Virus record (IMG/VR): IMGVR_UViG_3300028920_001457
Location: 1 to 64,000 of that record
Length of the DNA stretch: 64,000 nt
Direction: 5' to 3' (one strand)
From: a virus
The notes below the pieces were generated by a model that had not been told where the DNA came from, made no database searches, and was given only the letters and a program-made list of their open reading frames with translations. Numbering within the stretch: position 1 is the first letter of the stretch; the number at the start of each line of letters is the position of its first letter. Positions 34,224 to 40,519 of the stretch are shown here, piece after piece. The position numbers were made by a program, and so were the translations under genes.

Positions 34224-34943
34224 ATGCCAAAATCAAAGACAAAAGACTGCCAGGGGATAAGTCTTAACAAAAGACGCAACAGGTGGGAGGTTACTATTAT
34301 CTATAAAAGGAAGCGCTATTATTTGGGTTCTTATCACAACAAAAAGATTGCACGGGCTGTATGGGAGTCCAAGAGAGATGAATTTTATGGGACAGAATCA
34401 GTACTCGACTTGCGTGGCGAGGTTTGGATTAAAATGGATAAACATAAGGGGGAATATTATGTTAGCAATAAGGGGCGAGTAAAAAACCTAAATTTTAAGG
34501 GCATGGGCTACGAAAGATTGTGTGGTATCATACCTTCGCATGGCTATAATCAAGTAAAGATAAATAGGGAGAGTTATTCTATACATCGGTTAGTTTTACA
34601 ATATTTTAAGGGAGAATCCGACCTTCCGGTTAATCACAAGGACGGAAATGGAACAAATAATATTTTAGAAAACCTAGAGTATGTTAGTCAGCGGATTAAT
34701 GGTTGCCATGGTTATTTTGTTGTGAACAAAAGAAATGTCCTAACGGGGGCACATTGGGATAAGTGGAATAATAGTTGGCGGTCTGAAATAAACATTAATG
34801 GTAGATTGGTATATTTAGGGTCTTTTAATACATCCATAGAGGCATGCGATAGATACTTACGGGCATTATTGGATTATGGCCTTCAGGATGATTATGATTA
34901 TATTGTCGAAATGATTGGACATAAACCCCATGTCGGAAATTAG
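34224..34943 (+). CDS. NUMOD4/HNH/AP2 homing endonuclease
   Basis: YYVSNKGRVK, IHRLV, VNHKDG...N...NLE, two AP2-like YLGS domains. Confidence 0.9.
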   Translation: MPKSKTKDCQGISLNKRRNRWEVTIIYKRKRYYLGSYHNKKIARAVWESKRDEFYGTESVLDLRGEVWIKMDKHKGEYYVSNKGRVKNLNFKGMGYERLCGIIPSHGYNQVKINRESYSIHRLVLQYFKGESDLPVNHKDGNGTNNILENLEYVSQRINGCHGYFVVNKRNVLTGAHWDKWNNSWRSEININGRLVYLGSFNTSIEACDRYLRALLDYGLQDDYDYIVEMIGHKPHVGN

Positions 34944-35023
34944 TATTATCTTTGCACTCGTATCATTAACTTTGATACCGTTGAAACAACGACCAGAGTG
35001 TTAAATTTAAAACAGTTTTTGAC

Positions 35024-35560
35024 ATGTTAGCATTAATTCAAGCAACCCGGTGGGAAGATCGTAGGGATAGTTCATTCCGAGTTCACCCACTTGATTTACA
35101 CAAGGATTCGTATAGATATTTTCTTATCAATCCGAATCGAATTACAGAGATGAAGGTTGATGCCGCCACGGGGGGCAGCTACTTCAAATTTTCTGATAAT
35201 CACCGAGATCGCCGTGAAGGAAATTCCGTTGTATGGTGTAATAGCACTGTAAGTGAGCTACAAGTCGCGCACGACACGGCCTATGCGTCTAATTTTGTGA
35301 CACTTCCGTTCTTTCCGAAAAACGACCCAAACAGGACGCCCGTAGATACGACTATTGATGTTTCAGACATAGCCTATTTTTGTGAATACAACCCCGATCC
35401 AGATAATTATGTGTGGTTGGTGCACAATTCTAAGGCTTTTAAAAGAAAAGAGCAATTAGTCAACCTTAATCTTGATGAGGCAGAGGATATTGTAGAGACA
35501 GGTACTACAAGTACGACCACTACTTCTGAGGCAGAGACCACAACTACACAACACCTGTAA
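35024..35560 (+). CDS. Putative virion structural protein, tandem paralog A
   Basis: FLINPNRITEM vs FLLNTNRIIEM in the next gene; Thr-rich tail. Confidence 0.45.
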   Translation: MLALIQATRWEDRRDSSFRVHPLDLHKDSYRYFLINPNRITEMKVDAATGGSYFKFSDNHRDRREGNSVVWCNSTVSELQVAHDTAYASNFVTLPFFPKNDPNRTPVDTTIDVSDIAYFCEYNPDPDNYVWLVHNSKAFKRKEQLVNLNLDEAEDIVETGTTSTTTTSEAETTTTQHL

Positions 35561-35578
35561 CATTAAAAGCTATTTGAT

Positions 35579-36043
35579 ATGTTATTTGTTACGAGCGTAG
35601 ATATATGGACGAGCAAAAAGCCCGCTAAGTTACTTAAGGATGCTTGGGGGACTTATTTCCTGTTAAACACTAATAGGATAATTGAGATGAGGGTCAAGGG
35701 TACTGATGATACTAAGTTTTGGTATGCACAAGACCCTGACGATGCACGGGATAGCCCCGACTATCTGGAGTGTGGTGCTTCGAGGGCTGTCATCACGGCA
35801 TGGCATGATGCTACCGCAGACAGCAAGTTTGTTTCTTTGGACATATTTCCCAATATGGATATAACGCAAACGGCTGTGGCGACGACAATAGAATGGGCGG
35901 ACATTGCCTATATTTATCAGACCTACAGGGATGTGTTGGATAATGTAGCCCACATGACATATTATGCCAATGCTTTTCAGAGGGTTGAGTGTATTATAGA
36001 ACACAACCTGCTTGGGATATTGGCGTTACAGAACGCACATTAA
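35579..36043 (+). CDS. Putative virion structural protein, tandem paralog B
   Basis: Paralog of 35024-35560 (FV.L..FP...TTI...DIAY). Confidence 0.45.
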   Translation: MLFVTSVDIWTSKKPAKLLKDAWGTYFLLNTNRIIEMRVKGTDDTKFWYAQDPDDARDSPDYLECGASRAVITAWHDATADSKFVSLDIFPNMDITQTAVATTIEWADIAYIYQTYRDVLDNVAHMTYYANAFQRVECIIEHNLLGILALQNAH

Positions 36044-36073
36044 TACCATTACGAAATTCTATCATAAGAAACG

Positions 36074-36098
36074 ACCCGTCAGTGATGGCGGGTTTTTT
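36074..36098 (+). terminator. Intrinsic terminator
   Basis: ACCCGTCA-GTGA-TGGCGGGT plus TTTTT. Confidence 0.85.
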
Positions 36099-36185
36099 AT
36101 TGTGTATTGTAATATAAAATAATTGCGAAAATATTTGGTGGATTCAAAAACATGTTTTATATTTGCAGAAGTTCTTTGAAGGTAT

Positions 36186-36386
36186 AACCGACAAATGGGG
36201 TTCCTATAAAAATACAATTGGATGTAAATTACCCCCCGCCGGTTTTCGATACGAGACAAAGAGAGTTCCTATAGACCCTGTAAAGGGTCAGCCTCTTAAG
36301 CTGATATTTACTCTCCGTCTTTTTATTTTTAATAGGTAAAGGGTGTTCCTATACAAATCAATGCTTATGATAAATACACCCCACTT
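36186..36386 (+). ncRNA. Three tandem structured RNA units with invariant GTTCCTATA and anticodon-like hairpins
   Basis: Units 36186-36244, 36254-36320, 36334-36386; covarying stems GGGGT/ACCCC, GAGAGT/ACTCTC, GGGTGT/ACACCC; promoter TTTG...TATATTTG at 36134-36165. Confidence 0.7.
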
Positions 36387-36400
36387 TTAAAATAAATAAC

Positions 36401-38155
36401 ATGAATACTTTAAGGTTATTCAATGCGGTAATCGCAAAAGAATCTACAGAAAAACCCTTCGTTTCAGAAGAGGGATTTATCATTGAATCAAATGCTCTTT
36501 GGGCAAAAAATAGGATATTGGAATTCTATCTCAAGGAAAAGTTAAGTGGTAACGATCTTAACAAAACATTTCACAAATCATGGGCTAAAATTAAAAACAG
36601 CTCTCGGTTTGAATTGTTTGTTGAGCAGATATTTCATTATATTTCTACATACGGAAGTGATTTTCAGGACGAAATATATATTCCCGATGAAGTATTAAAT
36701 GTACCTGACGTAAAGTTGTCATACAAGGTTGTCCGTGCATATTCCAAGGAGGAAATGACGGATAAGTGTTTATCACTATTAAAATCAGGTATAGCATTAA
36801 AGGAGGAAACAATTAATGAGGTGTTATCGGTGCTTGTTGAAGAACTGGATTATTCCTTTACGGGAAATGAGAAAATCAGAAACAAAGAGGCTGTTATAAA
36901 AATAGCAGATATTTATGGCGTTCTGCCCAATGACACCATGGAGTTTTTCAGATATATTATATATCGGGCTACGGGGCAGTCTCTTCTTATTAAGAGCAAT
37001 GATTTGATAATGAAAATTAAAGAAGGGAATTATAATCCGTCGGTTCAGTTTAATAAATTCGGATTAGAAAAATTGGCAACGATATTTAATCGTTTTAAGC
37101 CATTATTCTTGGCATTTAAACCCAAGTGCGGAAAAACGATCAATAAAATTGCGAAGTTGTCTAAAAAGTTTCATAAACCTCTCGTTGTCAACCCCCTTAA
37201 TACCGCAACAAGTGAGCTGATGGGGGATGATGATAGACATTGGTTGGATAATGCTACGCCGTACGCTTTATTTAAAGTATTATCGGCATGTTATACGAGA
37301 GCGAGCGGCCAAGAGTCTTTCGTTTATCGGATTAGAAACGGGAAATCCTGGGTCAAGGAAAAGGAAACTATTTTGAGGGTGAACAAGTTAAATTTTGATT
37401 TCATTATAAAGTATCTGAAAGAAAGATATGATTTATCAGAAAAGAAATTCTTTTTGCCTGCTGATATAAAATATGCCCTTCCTACATCAGAAAAAATGTT
37501 TGTTGGCAATATTCCCACAGGAACGAGATTTTATGGCAGGAAGTTGGCGGTTGGGATATATTGGGAGGACGCATGGGGGGCAAGAGACCTCGATCTTTCG
37601 GGGTTGACGCTTTCAGGGCATAAGGTTGGTTGGAATGCAGAATATGATTATGGCGAAGGACAATTAATGTATTCTGGCGATATTACATCCGCCCCCAATG
37701 GTGCGGTAGAGTACCTGTATGCCAACAAAGGGCTTCGGGAATCGGTTTTAATAAAAAACAATGTTTATTCGGGAAGTAATGAATGTGATTATAAAATCGT
37801 TATTGGGTTGGGGGATAAGATTTCTGTGGATTATATGATGAACCCAAATAATCTTTTTATAGAAGTCAAATGTAAGTCCGTACAAAAACAGACCATATTG
37901 GGGATTCTTACTCCAAAGAAAATGGGGCAGTGCTTTGTATTGCTTAATTTTGGGGCGGGACATGTAAGGGTGTCGGGCAACAGTAAGATATCTAATATCG
38001 CCCTTAAGTCACTATATGAACAATGGAACAAACCGTTTTCATTTAATAAATTGATTAAATTATTGGGGGCGCAGATTGTTGAAAACAAAGAGGATGCAGA
38101 TTATGATTTCTCGTCTGATAATTTAGAAAAAGATTCTTTTATTAAGATATTTTAA
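36401..38155 (+). CDS. Large helical protein with C-terminal TerD-like domain
   Basis: GIYW...RDLDLSG...YSGDITSAPNGAVEYL is TerD-like; N-terminal LNKTFHKSW...EQIFHYISTYG helical region. Confidence 0.6.
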   Translation: MNTLRLFNAVIAKESTEKPFVSEEGFIIESNALWAKNRILEFYLKEKLSGNDLNKTFHKSWAKIKNSSRFELFVEQIFHYISTYGSDFQDEIYIPDEVLNVPDVKLSYKVVRAYSKEEMTDKCLSLLKSGIALKEETINEVLSVLVEELDYSFTGNEKIRNKEAVIKIADIYGVLPNDTMEFFRYIIYRATGQSLLIKSNDLIMKIKEGNYNPSVQFNKFGLEKLATIFNRFKPLFLAFKPKCGKTINKIAKLSKKFHKPLVVNPLNTATSELMGDDDRHWLDNATPYALFKVLSACYTRASGQESFVYRIRNGKSWVKEKETILRVNKLNFDFIIKYLKERYDLSEKKFFLPADIKYALPTSEKMFVGNIPTGTRFYGRKLAVGIYWEDAWGARDLDLSGLTLSGHKVGWNAEYDYGEGQLMYSGDITSAPNGAVEYLYANKGLRESVLIKNNVYSGSNECDYKIVIGLGDKISVDYMMNPNNLFIEVKCKSVQKQTILGILTPKKMGQCFVLLNFGAGHVRVSGNSKISNIALKSLYEQWNKPFSFNKLIKLLGAQIVENKEDADYDFSSDNLEKDSFIKIF

Positions 38156-38156
38156 T

Positions 38157-38164
38157 TATCTTTG
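38157..38164 (+). promoter_or_regulatory. Bacteroidota-type -7 promoter element of tRNA operon 1
   Basis: TATCTTTG four nt before the leader ATG (leaderless-like). Confidence 0.65.
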
Positions 38165-38168
38165 CACC

Positions 38169-38231
38169 ATGATTAGAATACAGCATATAGAGCAACCGCA
38201 ACAGCCAAGAGCCGATATTGGGTCTGGATAG
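38169..38231 (+). CDS. Attenuator leader peptide 1 (MIRIQHIEQPQQPRADIGSG)
   Basis: Codons ATA,CAG,CAT,ATA,GAG,CAA,CCG,CAA,CAG,CCA match downstream Ile(TAT), Gln, His, Glu, Pro tRNAs. Confidence 0.85.
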   Translation: MIRIQHIEQPQQPRADIGSG

Positions 38232-38256
38232 GTGTTCTATGTGTTTATAATACAGA

Positions 38257-38287
38257 GCCTTCTGGACTATTTCAGAGGGCTTTTTTT
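38257..38287 (+). terminator. Attenuator terminator 1
   Basis: GCCTTCTGGA-CTAT-TTCAGAGGGC plus T7, just before the first tRNA. Confidence 0.85.
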
Positions 38288-38291
38288 ATTT

Positions 38292-38364
38292 CGGAAGTAT
38301 GGTGTAATCAGGTAGCATACGTGCCTTGGGCGCACGGGGAGTAGTTCGAATCTAATATTTCCGA
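38292..38364 (+). tRNA. tRNA-Pro(TGG)
   Basis: CGTGC-CTTGGGC-GCACG; acceptor CGGAAGT/ATTTCCG. Confidence 0.9.
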
Positions 38365-38370
38365 CAATAT

Positions 38371-38442
38371 TGGCACATAGGTTAATGGTAAGACCTCTCG
38401 GCTTATACCCCAGCAGTCCAAGTTCGATTCTTGGTGTGCCAA
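38371..38442 (+). tRNA. tRNA-Ile(TAT)
   Basis: Loop CTTATAC; acceptor TGGCACA/TGTGCCA; T loop TTCGATT. Confidence 0.8.
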
Positions 38443-38443
38443 C

Positions 38444-38518
38444 GGTGGTTATGGTGTAATGGCAACATAACTGTTTGTGGAGCAGTGGTTATCAGTTCGA
38501 GCCTGATTAATCACCCCA
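38444..38518 (+). tRNA. tRNA-His(GTG)
   Basis: G-1:C73, loop TTGTGGA, encoded CCA. Confidence 0.9.
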
Positions 38519-38519
38519 T

Positions 38520-38590
38520 GCTCGGTTCTTCTAACGGCAGGAAATCGGGTTTTCACCCCGGCAATAGCGGTTCAATTCCGCTACCGAGTA
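38520..38590 (+). tRNA. tRNA-Glu(TTC)
   Basis: TCGGG-TTTTCAC-CCCGG; T arm AGCGG-TTCAATT-CCGCT. Confidence 0.9.
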
Positions 38591-38596
38591 CGATAA

Positions 38597-38667
38597 TGCC
38601 TTGTGGTGTAATAGTAACACATAACACTTTGGATGTTATGTTTTCGGTGCGAATCCGAACAAGGCAT
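38597..38667 (+). tRNA. tRNA-Gln(TTG)
   Basis: TAACA-CTTTGGA-TGTTA; acceptor TGCCTTG/CAAGGCA. Confidence 0.9.
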
Positions 38668-38676
38668 CAAAATAAA

Positions 38677-38707
38677 TTTGGAAATTTAAAAATATGTATT
38701 ATCTTTG
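38677..38707 (+). promoter_or_regulatory. Bacteroidota-type promoter of tRNA operon 2
   Basis: TTTG (38677) then 19 nt then TATCTTTG (38700). Confidence 0.75.
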
Positions 38708-38726
38708 TACCAATAAAAAACAAAAA

Positions 38727-38801
38727 ATGCAGTTAGTCAGAAAGAATATGGTGAATATTGACCGCACAGGCGCAACCTTGCGAGGGGGTATTCCTATATG
38801 A
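38727..38801 (+). CDS. Attenuator leader peptide 2 (MQLVRKNMVNIDRTGATLRGGIPI)
   Basis: Core V-R-K-N-M-V-N-I-D-R-T-G-A-T covers all 10 amino acids of the 11 downstream tRNAs. Confidence 0.85.
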   Translation: MQLVRKNMVNIDRTGATLRGGIPI

Positions 38802-38822
38802 TTTCTGTAAGAAACAACAGGG

Positions 38823-38851
38823 ATGCCCTCAAGAGATTGGGGGCATTTTTT
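38823..38851 (+). terminator. Attenuator terminator 2
   Basis: ATGCCCTCAA-GAGA-TTGGGGGCAT plus T5. Confidence 0.85.
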
Positions 38852-38853
38852 AT

Positions 38854-38924
38854 TGGCTCATAGTTTAATAGTAGAACGCATCTCTGATACGGATGTAGCC
38901 TAAGTGCGATTCTTAGTGAGCCAA
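38854..38924 (+). tRNA. tRNA-Ile(GAT)
   Basis: CATCT-CTGATAC-GGATG; acceptor TGGCTCA/TGAGCCA. Confidence 0.85.
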
Positions 38925-38928
38925 CAAT

Positions 38929-39001
38929 AGCGGGTTGTGTAGAAATAGTATCTCGTCAGTCTCATAAGCTGAAGTTATGGGTGCAATCCCCATACCCGCT
39001 A
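38929..39001 (+). tRNA. tRNA-Met(CAT)
   Basis: TCAGT-CTCATAA-GCTGA; acceptor AGCGGGT/ACCCGCT. Confidence 0.85.
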
Positions 39002-39005
39002 CAAT

Positions 39006-39077
39006 GGGAATATGGTGAAATGGGTATCACGATGGACTGTTAATCCTTCGTTATAGGTTCAAGTCCTATTGTTCCCG
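39006..39077 (+). tRNA. tRNA-Asn(GTT)
   Basis: Loop CTGTTAA; G73. Confidence 0.9.
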
Positions 39078-39081
39078 CAAA

Positions 39082-39153
39082 GTCCTTGTGGTGTAATGGA
39101 GAGCACAAGTGTCTTCTAAGCATTTAGTCAGGGTTCGACTCCTTGCGGGGACA
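39082..39153 (+). tRNA. tRNA-Arg(TCT)
   Basis: Loop CTTCTAA; T loop TTCGACT. Confidence 0.9.
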
Positions 39154-39159
39154 CTAAAT

Positions 39160-39234
39160 ACCCTTGTAGGCTCCTTGGTGGAGAACCAGATTGTCACTCT
39201 GGTAAAACAGACGGATCGTAACCGTTCAGGGGTG
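39160..39234 (+). tRNA. tRNA-Asp(GTC)
   Basis: CCAGA-TTGTCAC-TCTGG; G73; atypical T loop ATCGTAA. Confidence 0.8.
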
Positions 39235-39239
39235 CAAGC

Positions 39240-39312
39240 GGGTTGCAATGTACCAAGGCTGGCGAGAGACCCTTGCAAGGTTTTTGGCTCGGTTCGATTC
39301 CGAGGCGATCCA
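39240..39312 (+). tRNA. tRNA-Ala(TGC)
   Basis: Loop CTTGCAA; G3:U70 identity pair present. Confidence 0.9.
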
Positions 39313-39315
39313 CAA

Positions 39316-39387
39316 GCAGGATAGGTGTTGATGGTTGCATAAGAGCCTTCCAAGCTCAAGGAGTGAATTCGAATTTCACATCCTGCT
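39316..39387 (+). tRNA. tRNA-Gly(TCC)
   Basis: Loop CTTCCAA; acceptor GCAGGAT/ATCCTGC; U73. Confidence 0.9.
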
Positions 39388-39391
39388 CAAT

Positions 39392-39466
39392 GGGCGATTA
39401 GTTTAATGGACAGAATATATCGCTACGGACGATATGGTGAGGATTCGATTTCTTCATCGCCCACCA
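39392..39466 (+). tRNA. tRNA-Arg(ACG)
   Basis: TATCG-CTACGGA-CGATA; encoded CCA. Confidence 0.9.
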
Positions 39467-39468
39467 AT

Positions 39469-39540
39469 GACCCTATAATTTCAACAGTAGAATCCCATCC
39501 TTTTAAGATGGTTGTCTTGGGGCGGAACCAAGTGGGGTCA
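39469..39540 (+). tRNA. tRNA-Lys(TTT)
   Basis: CCATC-CTTTTAA-GATGG; atypical T loop GGCGGAA. Confidence 0.8.
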
Positions 39541-39544
39541 CAAA

Positions 39545-39616
39545 GGCAGGTTAGTTTAAGCGGCAAAACACGTGATTTGTAACCATGAGATACGGCTTCG
39601 ATCGCTGTACTTGCCT
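39545..39616 (+). tRNA. tRNA-Thr(TGT)
   Basis: Loop TTTGTAA; acceptor GGCAGGT/ACTTGCC. Confidence 0.85.
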
Positions 39617-39621
39617 CAAAT

Positions 39622-39694
39622 AGCCCGATAGTGTAGCGGTTAAGCACGGCACCCTTACAAGATGTCAGCCACAGTTCGAGTCTGTGTTGGGCTA
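39622..39694 (+). tRNA. tRNA-Val(TAC)
   Basis: Loop CTTACAA; T loop TTCGAGT. Confidence 0.85.
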
Positions 39695-39712
39695 CAAAAA
39701 AACATAAATATA

Positions 39713-39743
39713 TTTGTTTATTTAAAAATTATTATTAATTTTG
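39713..39743 (+). promoter_or_regulatory. Bacteroidota-type promoter of tRNA operon 3
   Basis: TTTG (39713) then 19 nt then TAATTTTG (39736). Confidence 0.75.
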
Positions 39744-39749
39744 CAGATT

Positions 39750-39812
39750 ATGAAAAATCTATGGTGTTCATATAGTTTATTTTCACTCTTGCTCTTGAGG
39801 CGAGGCGGATAA
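39750..39812 (+). CDS. Attenuator leader peptide 3 (MKNLWCSYSLFSLLLLRRGG)
   Basis: CTA,TGG,TGT,TCA,TAT,AGT,TTA,TTT,TCA,CTC,TTG: at least one codon for each of the 9 downstream tRNAs. Confidence 0.9.
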   Translation: MKNLWCSYSLFSLLLLRRGG

Positions 39813-39838
39813 ACTATATCTACCAAAGATATATTGAA

Positions 39839-39864
39839 GCCTCGCTTATAAAGCGGGGTTTTTT
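39839..39864 (+). terminator. Attenuator terminator 3
   Basis: GCCTCGCTT-ATA-AAGCGGGGT plus T5. Confidence 0.85.
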
Positions 39865-39869
39865 GTTAT

Positions 39870-39942
39870 GGGGAATTGACGTAAATGGCAACCGTATTGG
39901 GTTTAAGCCCCAAGTTTGAGAGTTCGAATCTCTTGTTCCCCA
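39870..39942 (+). tRNA. tRNA-Leu(TAA), short variable loop
   Basis: TTGGG-TTTAAGC-CCCAA; A73. Confidence 0.85.
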
Positions 39943-39945
39943 CAT

Positions 39946-40018
39946 GGTCGAGTGACGTAACAGGCAACCGTATCCGTCTCAAAAGCGGAGTTTATGGGTT
40001 CGAATCCCATCTTGACCA
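39946..40018 (+). tRNA. tRNA-Leu(CAA), short variable loop
   Basis: TCCGT-CTCAAAA-GCGGA; A73. Confidence 0.85.
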
Positions 40019-40022
40019 CAAA

Positions 40023-40095
40023 GCTCAGGTAGTAAATTGGCAAAGCAACTTGACTTAGGATCAAGGATTTGTGAGTTCGAGTCTCACCCTGAGTA
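40023..40095 (+). tRNA. tRNA-Leu(TAG), short variable loop
   Basis: CTTGA-CTTAGGA-TCAAG; A73. Confidence 0.85.
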
Positions 40096-40099
40096 CTAT

Positions 40100-40191
40100 G
40101 GATGGCTAAACCACAGTAGGTCTAAGTGGGACGGTCTTGAAAACCGTAGGTCGCTCAACACGGCGTGTAAGTTCGAGTCTTACGCCATCCG
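40100..40191 (+). tRNA. tRNA-Ser(TGA)
   Basis: ACGGT-CTTGAAA-ACCGT; long variable arm; G73. Confidence 0.9.
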
Positions 40192-40195
40192 CGAA

Positions 40196-40278
40196 GGGAC
40201 GGCTTGGCATTAGTGAGCCTAAGAGTCTGTAAAACTCCCGCTTCGGCTGTGGTGGTGCAAATCCATCTCGTCCCACCA
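40196..40278 (+). tRNA. tRNA-Tyr(GTA)
   Basis: Loop CTGTAAA; variable arm; encoded CCA. Confidence 0.9.
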
Positions 40279-40279
40279 A

Positions 40280-40362
40280 GGAGAGTAAATCATCAAGGCG
40301 ATGACTACGCCCGCTAAGCGATAGGTTCTGAAAGGAATGGGACTCGGGTTCTCTGCTCTCCG
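40280..40362 (+). tRNA. tRNA-Ser(GCT), divergent
   Basis: Acceptor GGAGAGT/GCTCTCC, loop CCGCTAA (C33), long variable arm, weak T arm. Confidence 0.65.
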
Positions 40363-40367
40363 CAAAC

Positions 40368-40437
40368 AGGGATACCCATTGGAGTGGTAAGCGGTCTCCA
40401 AAACCGTGATTTGAATGTTCGACCCGTTCTATCCCTG
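40368..40437 (+). tRNA. tRNA-Trp(CCA)
   Basis: GCGGT-CTCCAAA-ACCGT; G73. Confidence 0.85.
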
Positions 40438-40441
40438 CTAT

Positions 40442-40518
40442 GGAGAAGTAGCTGAGTCGGTTCAAGCGTCGGACTGAAAATCCGAAGTAGATGAGTTCAA
40501 TTCTCATATTCTCCACCA
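40442..40518 (+). tRNA. tRNA-Phe(GAA)
   Basis: TCGGA-CTGAAAA-TCCGA; encoded CCA. Confidence 0.9.
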
Positions 40519-40519
40519 A

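Noticed and set aside
36186-36386. Mini-CRISPR array
   Set aside because: Only a 9-nt core is invariant, the flanks covary as stems, and there are no cas genes.
38169-39864. T-box riboswitches as the tRNA-operon control
   Set aside because: No UGGNACC T-box sequence or Stem I; the leaders are short ORFs with codon-matched content.
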